A stretch of 64,000 nucleotides of DNA from a virus: positions 1 to 64,000 of IMG/VR virus record IMGVR_UViG_3300032163_000010; one strand, written 5' to 3'. Position 1 is the first letter of the stretch. Each line of letters starts with the position of its first letter. The notes under the pieces were generated by a model that ran no database searches, had not been told where the DNA came from, and saw only the letters and a program-made list of their open reading frames with translations. This document shows positions 30,088 through 40,800 of the stretch, in pieces. The translations under genes were made by a program, and so were the position numbers.

Positions 30088-31178
30088 GCTATTTGGGTTC
30101 GGAGGGATCAAGGAAAAACTCTATTGCGGGTTTTGTAGAGCGAAGGCTGAAGTTGAAGAGAGCAGGCAGGAGGGGGAGATAGAGTTGTTGAGATTGTCTT
30201 GTGGGCATGTAACATTGAGAGATCTCTCAGGAAGGGAGGAAATCGCGGATAGGTTGATGGAGGAAAGGAAACGTGAGCGAAAAAAGATGTGACCTCTCGG
30301 ATGCAGTCTGCGGATGCATCAGGGAGATCAACAGAGAAGAATGTCTACTCTGTATTATATCCCAACAGGCTTCGATGTTGCATGTTGCGTCGAAACTGAT
30401 GGTTGCAAATGCTATCCTGCAAGGAGGAGAGGCAGGATTTGAAGTTATAGTGACATCTGACAGGATTTTACATAGAACTGGGGAATGGATTAAGAAATAT
30501 AGACAAGATTTGGAAAAAGAAGCTAGAGAAACAGGCAAGGAGGAAAGGGGGCTGGAAATGAGAGCGTTGGGTCCGATGACCAGGGAGGAGCTAATGGCGG
30601 CACTCATAGCGTCAGGTGAGTCGAAGGTGAAACCAATTTGAGTGAGAAGTATATGGATATATGGACTGAGGGGGCGAAAGAGAAAGTAGGGAACGCTCCT
30701 TTTGAGATTCTCTCGAAGTTAGATGCTCTCGTGAAGGAGCATGGGAAGGATCTGACCCATCCGTCAGTCTACGCGAAGTGTCCTGTGGATGGGGATAAAT
30801 GGACAGTGTATTTTGAAGTCCATGAGGAAGAGTGGAGCGGAGTGTCAGAAGAGATTGTGGAGTTCATCAAAAAGAACAACGTGGAGGTTGAGACGTTCGC
30901 ATGACAAAGTTTGAAATGGAGTTGCCTGATGAGCTAATTAGGTTACTCAAAGAGATAAGGACTGATTTGTCAGCTGACAGGTATTACTCGTTGGATTATG
31001 ATCTCAGGGAGAATTACAAACCTGCCACTGATGAGGACGTTATCAAGTATTTACTCAAGCGAGACAAGTATCTGAGATCTTGGGAGTGCGATATGAGTGA
31101 TAATCTCATCAAAATAGTTGATGTTGAAGGATACAAGAAGAAACACGCAAAAGATAAATTGACAGGAGGAATCAACTA

Positions 31179-32123
31179 ATGTTGGTTGAGAAATACCGCC
31201 CCAAGAGTTTTGCTGAGGTCTATGGACATAAGAGGATCATAGACTCACTGAAAGGGTTTGTCACATTGAAAGAAATGCCGAATCTTTTGTTCGTAGGGAA
31301 GAACGGGGTAGGGAAGACCGCCGTGGCGAATGCTTTGGCTCACGAACTAGGGATCGTGTTCCCTCAAGATTACTTAGAGATCAACTCAAGTGAAGAGAGA
31401 GGGATCGATACAATCAGGGAGAAGGTCATCGGATTTGCCAAAACAAAGGGTATCAGCCCCACGAAATGGAAGATCCTTCTTTTGGATGAAGCGGATGGAA
31501 TAACGAAACAGGCACAACAATCTCTGAGAAAAGTGATGGAACAACATGAAAAATCAGTTAGGTTTATTCTGACGTCGAATGATCTGTCGAGAGTTTCAGA
31601 GGCGCTGCAGGATAGGTGTTCGATATATATGTTCCAGGGGGTTCATTTCACTCAGATCGAATCGTTGATTAAGGATGTGGCATACAAGGAGAAGCAAGTC
31701 TTCCTGAGTGACTTCGTAGTCAAAGCGATCAGGGAGATTTCAAGGGGATCTGCGAGGAAGGCTCTGAACACCCTTGAGGCAGTGTTGACGTTAGAGAATC
31801 CTACAGTTGAAGATGTCTACCAGTTGGTCGGTTCGGCGAATGAAGAGTCAGTGTTCCATTTGGTGTTTAGTGCGTTGAAGGGTCATGTGACAGCTCTTCA
31901 AGTTCTCGATAATCTTTTGGAATCAGGAACAGATGCCACGGATGTCATCAATTTGATATACTACGGCACAGTGAGGAACACAATCCCGAGATTGACAAGT
32001 TCTGAGCGGTTAGTTCTATTGAACGCGGTGGGTTCTGTTCCTGGATCGACAGATGAACAGAGACTCGGGGGAATTATTGCAAGAGTGATACAGATCATCG
32101 GACCAGTGGAGGCTTCGGAATGA
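31179..32123 (+). CDS. rfcS: Replication factor C small subunit (clamp loader)
   Basis: VEKYRP, GKNGVGKT, EINSSEERGID, LLDEAD, AQQSLRK, ALQDRC and GSARKALN. Confidence 0.92.
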   Translation: MLVEKYRPKSFAEVYGHKRIIDSLKGFVTLKEMPNLLFVGKNGVGKTAVANALAHELGIVFPQDYLEINSSEERGIDTIREKVIGFAKTKGISPTKWKILLLDEADGITKQAQQSLRKVMEQHEKSVRFILTSNDLSRVSEALQDRCSIYMFQGVHFTQIESLIKDVAYKEKQVFLSDFVVKAIREISRGSARKALNTLEAVLTLENPTVEDVYQLVGSANEESVFHLVFSALKGHVTALQVLDNLLESGTDATDVINLIYYGTVRNTIPRLTSSERLVLLNAVGSVPGSTDEQRLGGIIARVIQIIGPVEASE

Positions 32124-32145
32124 AAATAAGAGTTATCAATATCAC

Positions 32146-33057
32146 TTGGACTCAGAGGTTAAAGTAAAGACAGCTATTGGAACTGTGATAATAAAATCGC
32201 AGGAGATGTTGCAACTGGGAAAAAATGAAGTTGGTTTCTTAGAAGGCAAAAGAAAACATCATCAACAAGGAGTGTTCATGCAAGGGGGAATAATCAATGC
32301 GGGCTGGGGAGGTACAGCTAAGATGGGAATTAATGGATGTACGTTATGTGAGTTGACGAGAAAGAGTATCGTTAAGGGAAATGGTAATCCTAAAGCTCGA
32401 TTAATGATCATCGGAGAGGCTCCAGGAGAGGAAGAAGACCTACAAGGAAAGCCATTCGTTGGCCGATCAGGCAAGTTGTTGAACGCAACTCTGGCCAAGA
32501 TGGGGATCAAGAGGGAAGATATCTACGTGACGAATATCATGAAATGTCATCCACCAGGGAATAGAAGACCTCTTCAGACGGAGATTGATAACTGCACTAT
32601 GTATCTACTAGAGGAAATCCGAAGTGTTGATCCAGAAGTCATCGCAACATTGGGATTGTCTGCAGCGAACTGGTTCTTGCCAGGAGAGACCATGGGGGAG
32701 ATGAACGGTAGGGTATTTAACATTCAAATCAATGATAAATCAAGGAAGATAGTTCCAGTGTACCATCCGAGTGCGGTGTTGAGGAATCCGAACATCAAAG
32801 ATTCGTTCGAACGAGCAATGAAGGTAGCCATTGAGGAGAGCCGAGAAGTAATGAAGATTAACGAAGGAGATTTTGTAGCTGCGGCCGCTGATGGGTTTAT
32901 CAGGAAAGCGAGGAAGAACGATAGACCTGTAGGGACAGTGGTTAACAAGGATACATTCACTAGTGGGACAATTGTGAAGATGAAAACCAAAGATGGAACG
33001 GAGTATTGGGTGACAATAACAGGATATGTTCCTGAGTTTGTGGAGGTGAAACCCTAA
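32146..33057 (+). CDS. udg: Family-4 uracil-DNA glycosylase with an N-terminal dCTP-deaminase/dUTPase-like fragment and a C-terminal extension
   Basis: CTLC, IIGEAPG, PFVGRSG, TNIMKCHPPGNR and YHPS motifs; N-terminal GFLEGKR...GVF..GGIINAGWGG. Confidence 0.88.
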   Translation: MDSEVKVKTAIGTVIIKSQEMLQLGKNEVGFLEGKRKHHQQGVFMQGGIINAGWGGTAKMGINGCTLCELTRKSIVKGNGNPKARLMIIGEAPGEEEDLQGKPFVGRSGKLLNATLAKMGIKREDIYVTNIMKCHPPGNRRPLQTEIDNCTMYLLEEIRSVDPEVIATLGLSAANWFLPGETMGEMNGRVFNIQINDKSRKIVPVYHPSAVLRNPNIKDSFERAMKVAIEESREVMKINEGDFVAAAADGFIRKARKNDRPVGTVVNKDTFTSGTIVKMKTKDGTEYWVTITGYVPEFVEVKP

Positions 33058-33452
33058 TGGTAGGAATCACTACAAGGAGAAACCCTGATGGGTTAGTTCT
33101 GTATAAAGGGGCCAAGAACGCAAAAACAGGTTTGCCTGAAGGTGGAATTCACGTGGAGGTCTTCTTAGACAGAGATGAATGTGAAAAAGTTCTAGAGTCC
33201 ATTAGGGAGGCAAAGAGGCACTATTGGAGGAACGGGGAGAAGAAACCAATGAAACCCGATAAGGGCAGTATATTGAAAGTGGAACTCCCTGATTCATTGA
33301 GGGAAGCTGACAAGAAATGAACCCAAGATATATCCTAGCTGCGGTTTTGTTGGCAAGCTGTACTGTAGTTTATGCTGTTGTGGCTTGGACTATGGTTTCT
33401 GCAATTCTTCATGCCATAGCTGAGGATCTATACTTGTTGGGGGTCTAGAGAC

Positions 33453-33752
33453 ATGAGACAGGAACTAGCATGTTCAGACTGTGGGAGAAGACTAGTCTTT
33501 GATATGAACTTCAGCCAAGATGGTAACCATGAGATCACGTGTCCGGCATGTGGTCACGTTCATTACAGGGTAGTAAGGAATGGACAGATTACAGGTGATA
33601 GGTGGCAGGCGGCAATGCAAACTTTCATGGCAACGAATATCACGGTATATAGTGGTGGAACTACATGTGATACATGGGCTTCGAACATGAATGTTGGCAC
33701 AGCTACCCAATTCATGCGTTTCTCATGGTTGCAGACAGGAACAGGAGGGTAG
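33453..33752 (+). CDS. Zn-ribbon hypothetical protein
   Basis: CSDC...CPACGHVHYR. Confidence 0.6.
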   Translation: MRQELACSDCGRRLVFDMNFSQDGNHEITCPACGHVHYRVVRNGQITGDRWQAAMQTFMATNITVYSGGTTCDTWASNMNVGTATQFMRFSWLQTGTGG

Positions 33753-34208
33753 GAGGTGAGAAGATGAAGATAGAAATATACGCAAGAGGGGAACCGAGAA
33801 CAGGGAAGTCTTTCGTCTTAGTTAGATTAGCGAAGGTTTTGAATTCATATGGGTTCGAGACCTCAGCAGTGGTCAATATCGAAACTGATGTCGAGAAACT
33901 GGAGGCTATGAGGCTGGAAGATCGGTCGGCGTTCATAACTGGCGACAGAATGGTGCAATTCGGAGATTGGACGTTCGAATTAGACAAGGACGACGTTCTA
34001 ACGAAGGTCCTATTTAAAGGAATGACAGTTCATTCGACCGAAGTAGTGATAGGACTCAGTATAACAGCCCAGCCTGAGTTGACGTTGAGGGGCGCTATCA
34101 CGGAATGAAACTTGAAACTTCCGTAGACTTTGGCAAAATTTTTCAAAAGCCAAAGACTCCAAATAACCCCTTCTGTCGTTTACTTCCTGCGTCTGCCTGA
34201 AACAATGT

Positions 34209-34226
34209 CGAAAGTTTTATATATAA
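34209..34226 (+). promoter_or_regulatory. Archaeal BRE/TATA promoter of the replication operon
   Basis: CGAAAGTTTTATATATAA, followed by a GCAT.CCC/GGGATGC leader hairpin. Confidence 0.75.
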
Positions 34227-34288
34227 AGAGCGGGGAGACTTAAATGCATACCCACTTAGAAGAGAGGGATGCGAATAGGTGAAAGAAA

Positions 34289-34576
34289 GTGCCAATAAGT
34301 CTAGAAGACTTTAAGAAACTCGCGCCGAAAGGCGAGAAGACGGCGACAGTGCCAACAGACAAGCTCCTTGCAGAGCTGAAGAAAGCAGCCATGACCACGA
34401 AAGAAGTTGCGAAGCTTCTTGGTGTTCAGAGTGGTACGGCGTATTCTAGGTTGCAGAAGCTTGAGAAGGCAGGCGCCGTTGAGAGAGGTATGAACGGTGC
34501 GACGTCCTATTGGGCGTTCAAAGCCGGATACATCCCAAAACCCGAGGCCAAAGTAGAAGAGAAGAAAGCAGCGTGA
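34289..34576 (+). CDS. Winged-helix protein, MPIS family, paralogue 5
   Basis: MPISLEDFKKL...MTTKEVAKLLGVQSGTAYSRLQKLEKAGAVER...YW. Confidence 0.8.
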   Translation: MPISLEDFKKLAPKGEKTATVPTDKLLAELKKAAMTTKEVAKLLGVQSGTAYSRLQKLEKAGAVERGMNGATSYWAFKAGYIPKPEAKVEEKKAA

Positions 34577-34581
34577 GATAG

Positions 34582-34773
34582 ATGGCATCTTGGGAGGAAA
34601 TTCTCCGTGGGCAAGCGTTGACCTGCGGGGAAATAGCCGAACGTTGTGGGAAATCAAGACCCACAATGTTGAAGCTCCTCCAAGATGCAGTCTCACGAGG
34701 CGACCTTGAGATTAGGGAACAAGACTCCAGTTTGTTTTATGCAGTGAAAGAAAAGAGTAAGGATGTGTTGTAG
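34582..34773 (+). CDS. Small winged-helix protein
   Basis: LTCGEIAERCGKSRPTMLKLLQDAVSRGDL. Confidence 0.7.
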   Translation: MASWEEILRGQALTCGEIAERCGKSRPTMLKLLQDAVSRGDLEIREQDSSLFYAVKEKSKDVL

Positions 34774-34776
34774 AAA

Positions 34777-35928
34777 TTGTCGTATCCAGAAGAGTTGAAG
34801 ACATGGGCAGACGTTCTTGGAAAATCTGTTGAAGAACTACAGACAGAGTTTAACAAGAAGGTCTCTGAGGTAGCAAAGAACCATCCGGAGATGCAACCGG
34901 AGGCGGTCAGCCAAAGAGCTCTGAAGATCCTTTATGCGGAGATCAAGTCCGAGATGCGGTCCAGAGCCGAGCCTTTCGACTTTGTCTCGATGGGTGTCTC
35001 TTCGAAGAGAGACATGAATGCGAGGAAGAAGGAGGATATGCTCTCGAAATGGGCAAATCCTGAGACAAGGGATGAAGCAGTAACAGGCTTGGATGGCGTA
35101 AGGATCAAAGTCACGGTCAACCAGGAGACTGGTGAGGAGAAGGCCATTGTCGTTGATGACCGTGAGTGGATCGAGTTCGAAAGGGATGGCAAGCCTGCGA
35201 GGTTCAAGAACAGGAACTACGGCAAGGAACTTGCGGAGACATGGGTTAGGGATAGCGTTGCAATTGGCAAACGATCGAACTCCGCAGAGGGGTTCAGAAT
35301 GCTGCGGATCAATGCAATGCGGGGCCAAGCGGATTCTTACCCGCAGTTAGGAAAGTCCCTTAGGGCGAGGTTCACAGTTAGGAAGGAAGACGAACTATCG
35401 GCTGAGCTGAGAACTGTCGAGGCAACTACGTGGAATAATCCGATAACGATTTCTGGAATTCCAGATGCCACGAGCGAAAAGGCCATGTATGAACTACTTG
35501 GGAAGTTACCTGATTGGTTGAAGGTCTCGTTAGGATCGGAGGAATTGAAGGACTACCACGAAAAGTTCAAGGATGACTACGGACGGATTGCATTAGTGGA
35601 AGGCGATGTCACGTATATTACACATGAACCGAATGAGAATGGATCTTATATGATTGTCTTCGAAGATGAGTCGAACTTTGATCTAGAAGCAGAGGGAATT
35701 CAGGGATACATACCAAGGGAAGTAGAGAATTGGACACACTTCTCTCCAGGAACACACGTAAGAGCACTAGTGAGGACAGGGGAGACAGCGGTCAGAGACC
35801 GGGAGACAGGAGAGCTAACGGACGCAAAGAGAACGATATTCAACGTATTCATGGTCTGTGCAGATCCTGACTCAAAGGTTCCATATGTTCCGGTAGTTGA
35901 CGAAGCCGAAGAGATAGCCCAGAAGTAA
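34777..35928 (+). CDS. Putative ssDNA-binding (RPA/OB-fold-like) protein
   Basis: Helical N-terminus, OB-like strands (ALVEGDVTYI...YMIVFED...FSPGTHVRALVRT) and an acidic tail; lies next to the recombination ATPase. Confidence 0.5.
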   Translation: MSYPEELKTWADVLGKSVEELQTEFNKKVSEVAKNHPEMQPEAVSQRALKILYAEIKSEMRSRAEPFDFVSMGVSSKRDMNARKKEDMLSKWANPETRDEAVTGLDGVRIKVTVNQETGEEKAIVVDDREWIEFERDGKPARFKNRNYGKELAETWVRDSVAIGKRSNSAEGFRMLRINAMRGQADSYPQLGKSLRARFTVRKEDELSAELRTVEATTWNNPITISGIPDATSEKAMYELLGKLPDWLKVSLGSEELKDYHEKFKDDYGRIALVEGDVTYITHEPNENGSYMIVFEDESNFDLEAEGIQGYIPREVENWTHFSPGTHVRALVRTGETAVRDRETGELTDAKRTIFNVFMVCADPDSKVPYVPVVDEAEEIAQK

Positions 35929-36002
35929 ACATCACCCCGTGCTGAGATCACATCAAAGAGCGAGGTCCCTTAAAATCTTATTTTTATGAACTCGTTTGGG
36001 GG

Positions 36003-36911
36003 TTGTTGCGTATGGATGAAATGACGTTCGGTAAGTCAAAGAATGGGAGTCATGACCTCGTCCGCGGGACGTTGTCTAGCGGACCGCCCAAGGATCCAAA
36101 TGCTTATTTTAAAGGAGGTTCTCAAGTGAAGCAACTCAAGGGGTTGCGAGTAGGCGCCTGGGGATCGCAAGGGACAGGGAAGAGTCACTGTGCGTTGACT
36201 TTCCCCAAGCCCATTTTCGCTGTGAACACGGACTTCGGCATGTATCCGTTGTTGGAAGAGAAAGAATTCGCAGTGTGGTGTAAGCCGTATACCGAGGAAG
36301 ATTGGATTAGAATATTCGAAGCCGGAGTCTTAGATGAGACATCAGCGGAGCCGGATCCTCTGAGGTCACTTCAAGCAACGGAAGAGGCGTTGACAGCTCT
36401 CGCTGGAGCTTCTCAAGGAACGATAGTCTTAGACTCGGGGGAGGATATATGGTCGTGGATAGGCACTTGGCTTGAAGAAGTCGCGACGAAGAGATCAGAG
36501 AAGACTGGAGAGAAGTACCAATACGAATGGGGGAAGGCGAATGCCAGGTATCGGTTGTTGATGATGCGGATATTGAGTAAGCCAATGAACTTCGTGATCA
36601 CAGGCCAATCGCAGGCAGTATATGATGAACACGGCAAGGTGGTGCCAGGAACAAAGGCTGATTGGCAGAAGAAAACGCCATACTGGGTAGATTTGGAACT
36701 CGAGATGCAGCGGAGAACTGATGGAGTGTTTCAGGCGAAGGTCCGCAAGTGTCGCCTCGGGGCGAACAAGAAAGATTTGATTATTAACCCGACGTATGAG
36801 AATATAGTCAAATGGATCAAAGAGGAGTTCCCAGAGAGAACAATTTTCACGCAAGGGATTACGAAGTTAGAAGACGTGATGAAACCTCTGGAAGTCCAAC
36901 CTGTTGTCTAG
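36003..36911 (+). CDS. AAA ATPase (Sak4/RecA-like recombination protein)
   Basis: Walker A GSQGTGKS, Walker B TIVLDS and KVRKCR. Confidence 0.75.
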   Translation: MLRMDEMTFGKSKNGSHDLVRGTLSSGPPKDPNAYFKGGSQVKQLKGLRVGAWGSQGTGKSHCALTFPKPIFAVNTDFGMYPLLEEKEFAVWCKPYTEEDWIRIFEAGVLDETSAEPDPLRSLQATEEALTALAGASQGTIVLDSGEDIWSWIGTWLEEVATKRSEKTGEKYQYEWGKANARYRLLMMRILSKPMNFVITGQSQAVYDEHGKVVPGTKADWQKKTPYWVDLELEMQRRTDGVFQAKVRKCRLGANKKDLIINPTYENIVKWIKEEFPERTIFTQGITKLEDVMKPLEVQPVV

Positions 36912-36922
36912 GAGGGGTCCCA

Positions 36923-37636
36923 ATGAAAATCTGTTTGATCCCACCAGATAGTTGGCTACATGCAGGAACGGATATGCATTATGTCCTAGCACAGAGGGTC
37001 CTTCAGTCAGATGTGTATAAGGACTTCTATGCGAAGGAGGACAAGTTCAAGATTATGGATCATGGCATTTACGAAAATGACATGATGGATTTTGACGATA
37101 CGATGAAAATAGCGGATGAGATAAACGCTGACGAGATTGTTCTTCCGGATGAGATTAAGATAAGACAGCCTCTTGAGTTTTACGCGGACTTGATTGAATC
37201 GTTACCGAGGAATTATAGGTATATGATTGTCCCACAGGGAGATGATCCGGAAGAGTGGCGGCAATCCTATCTGGAGTTGTGTAACTTAGACGGGATAGAT
37301 ACTATAGGAATACCGGTTTGGTTGTACAAAGATTTCTCGGCGAGAGCGACTGTGGTTAATTATATGTTTAGGAAAGGGGAACTGAACCTTCAGAAGGATC
37401 ATCATTTGCTAGGACTGGATAATTATTGGGAGTTGATCAACTACCCTCCAGGGGTTATTCGAAGTGTCGATACTAGTTTACCATTTTCGATGGTCATGGC
37501 AGGAGAGAAATCCGCTTGGGGTTATGATCCACCTGAGCACAAAAGAGCGTCGTCAGATGCAGCGTTGTTCGATATCTCCGCGGAAGATTTGGCGAGAGAG
37601 CTAAAGATGTTCAAGGAGATAGCAAGACTAGTCTAG
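36923..37636 (+). CDS. dpdA: TGT-fold 7-deazaguanine transglycosylase (DpdA-like)
   Basis: KIMDHG, IVLPD, MIVPQG, HHLLG and RSVDTS are colinear with TGT motifs DSGG, xD, QG, YLMG and the nucleophile Asp. No C-terminal Zn site. que genes are in the same genome. Confidence 0.65.
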   Translation: MKICLIPPDSWLHAGTDMHYVLAQRVLQSDVYKDFYAKEDKFKIMDHGIYENDMMDFDDTMKIADEINADEIVLPDEIKIRQPLEFYADLIESLPRNYRYMIVPQGDDPEEWRQSYLELCNLDGIDTIGIPVWLYKDFSARATVVNYMFRKGELNLQKDHHLLGLDNYWELINYPPGVIRSVDTSLPFSMVMAGEKSAWGYDPPEHKRASSDAALFDISAEDLARELKMFKEIARLV

Positions 37637-37867
37637 GTATGGATAGGGAGGTTAAGAGATGAGCGCTGGCAAGATAATATCCTGCTGGGATCTGATGGAA
37701 GAAGCAGCAAAGACGATGATCTCACAATCACAGGAGCTTGTCAACGAACACCTGAAAGTCATCAGGAACCTGAATATGATTATCGAGCGATGCGAAAAGA
37801 CGAAATCACTTGAAGAACAGATTAGGGAAAAGGATAAACAAATACAGGATCTCAAAAACAACGAGGG

Positions 37868-40800
37868 ATGATAATGACGATTAAAACTGACTTGATGAAT
37901 ACAGACTACGTCGAGGAGGACAATAAGCCATGCTTATGGTGGTTCCTCAGGGATGTAGAAGGGAAGAGGGTCAAAAGAAAGTTCTCTTGGGTCAAGCCAC
38001 ACGCGTGGAACAACGATCCGAGCTCAGGGCCGGCGACCAAGGATATATTTGGACGCACGGTATATGAGTGGACGACAAGGATGCCTTCGGAAATAGGCGG
38101 AGGGCGAGACAGATATTCGATGACATGCGAGGCAGATGTTCTGTTTCCAATGAGGGCTATGATAGACTTGGACGTCTACTGTGGGGTAGAGATTGCAGAG
38201 GATAATTCGATCAAGGCAGTAGAAAATCACGGAATCCCACCGGTATATTCGTTGTTTGATTTTGAGTACTTTTCACCGAAAGAGATTATGCCAATGCCAG
38301 GAGATCCGAAGTGGCCTGCGGTTACAGTACAATGGGGTCTCACGTCGGACAATATTATACATGTTATCGTACTGAATTTCGTGAGCCAGACACAAGCTCC
38401 TGCAGGGATCTTAACTGAGAAGTTGATCGCTGAATCGATTATACGGAAATTCATCTGGGAGAACTTCAAATCGATCACTGTCCATATCGAGCTCAAGGAT
38501 GAGAAAACTGGCAAGTGGCTCATTGAACCGCAGGATCTCACGTATCCGGTAGAGGTAACCATCGTTGAGGATGAGAGGGATCTATTCATCAAGTTCGCTG
38601 AATGGCATGAGTCGGCCGATGTAGATGGCTGGGCAGGATATAACTCTAATAACTATGATTGGCCTATGTACTTTCGTCGAGCCGATCGATTGGGTATCAG
38701 TTGGCTGGTCGCTCAACACATTAGCCCGTTGCATCGGGCATCAGCTAGGTTCAATCAACAATATAAGAAATGGGATGTCCATATATGGGGTCAGACGATT
38801 ACTGACCTGAATGAGATTTACAAAAAGTACATCAAACCCTCCGGAGAGCGAACGTCCTATGATTTCAAAATCGTTGTCAAAGACGAGTGTGGGTTCGCAT
38901 ATGATGACCTTGGAGCGTTCATTAAAACAACTTACGAGAATGACCCACAAGCTTTGATCGAGTACGCTGCCAAAGACGTCATAGCATTGAAATTGTTGAA
39001 TGAGAAGTGCGATTTGCTTCCTTACATTGATGTGTTGAGGCGAGTCGCGGGGACTCCGTTTGACAAAGCCACTTCGAACAAGGCCCTCATCGATACAATG
39101 TGTCTGAGACTTGCAGATGCCCCGTTGCCAACTGGAATCAAACATTTGAAGACCAAGAAGGCAACTGGTGCGTTGGTCATCATGCCCGAAGTAGGGCTGC
39201 ATGAATGGGTCATATTGCTTGATCTCAAGTCAATCTATCCGACGATGATTATTGCATACAACCTAAGTCCGGAGTGTAAAGATCCTAACGGAGAGATTCA
39301 AATCCCAATCGTGGATGCATTTGGTCGCATAGTGGAGTACGTTGGATTCAGAAAGAGCCCTCAAGGAGTCCTCCCGAAGGTTGCCGCACACATGATGGTG
39401 CTGAGAGAACACTACCGCACGTTGGGACGAGAGATCGAGTCACAAGCGAACTTCGATAAACAATACAGAGAACGGATTAAATCTCAGGAAACCGTAGCGA
39501 AGTTCCTTGCGTGTGCAATTAATGGAGTCCTAGCTTATCCAGGGTTCAGATTATATGATCCTGAAGTATTCAACTGTGTCACATCGATCACGCGATCTGT
39601 GATTTGGAAGATCCGAGGGTTCCTTGAACCGAAGGGGTTCAAGACCATGTATGGAGACAGTGTCTCAGCAGATTCCCCGGTATTAATAAAGAGGGATAAT
39701 GAAATCGATATACTCCCGATAAGTGAATTAGCCCCGACCGCTGAGGGAAGATACGCATTAGATAATATTGAAGTATGGACGAGAAATGGGTTTAAACAAG
39801 GACATTATGTTAAGGTCTCAAATCCTCATAAAACGATGTATAGAGTAAATACAATAGACGGAATTGTAGATGTAACTGAAGATCATTCATTGTTCGATCT
39901 AGAAGGAAAAGAAGTCAAACCAACAGAATTACCGAAAAGAATAGAAACGGTAGTATATCCTATAAGACTAGGACAAACAGAGATATCAGAAGATGAAGCT
40001 TGGTTGCTAGGATTGATTTGTGCCGAAGGAAGCCTTATAGGGAATAACGAACAACCAGTTATAAGTTGTGATGAAGATAAATTAAGATGGGCGAAAGAAA
40101 TACTTGATGGAATGGGGTATGAATCATGGTTACATGATTACACTGAATCATCGAAGTGTTGGAGATTATGTGTATCGACTAAAGCGAGAGGTTTATTTAG
40201 GGAATGCACAACAGGGTTATCTGGTTGGAAAGGAAGAAATAAGAAGGTTCCAAAACGAATCCTTAACTCCGGCAAGGATGCTATGATAGGGTTCTTAAGG
40301 GGGTTGTGGGCAGGAGACGCCCCAGTTGATCAGGGAAATTATATTGATGAGTTTAAGAGAATTGATTTACGGTCACAGTCATTAATAGTGGGGGTGGAAT
40401 ATATAATGTATCAATTAGGATTCGTGACATCTTGGAGAAGTGCAGGATCAAACAAATTATCATATGGATTAAGAATAGGGAAAACCAAGAAGATTGCATC
40501 AGGGGTGGTAAGGGAAGTAAAAGAGATTCAATACAAAGATCTAGTGTACGATATCGGTACAAATGATGGAACGTTCGCTATAGGCAGGGTTGTAGCACAC
40601 AACACCGATTCGATCTTTATTAAACTGACCGCAACGAATAAAGAGGACGCAGCGAGGCAAGGTTTCGAGATCGAAACGATGGTTCAAGAATATATTACTG
40701 AATGGACGAGGTCCCTTGGAGCAACGTATCCGATAGATGTCAAGTTCGAACATTTGTTTGATCGGATTTTGTGGAAGAAAAGAGCCAAGGGAGATGACCC

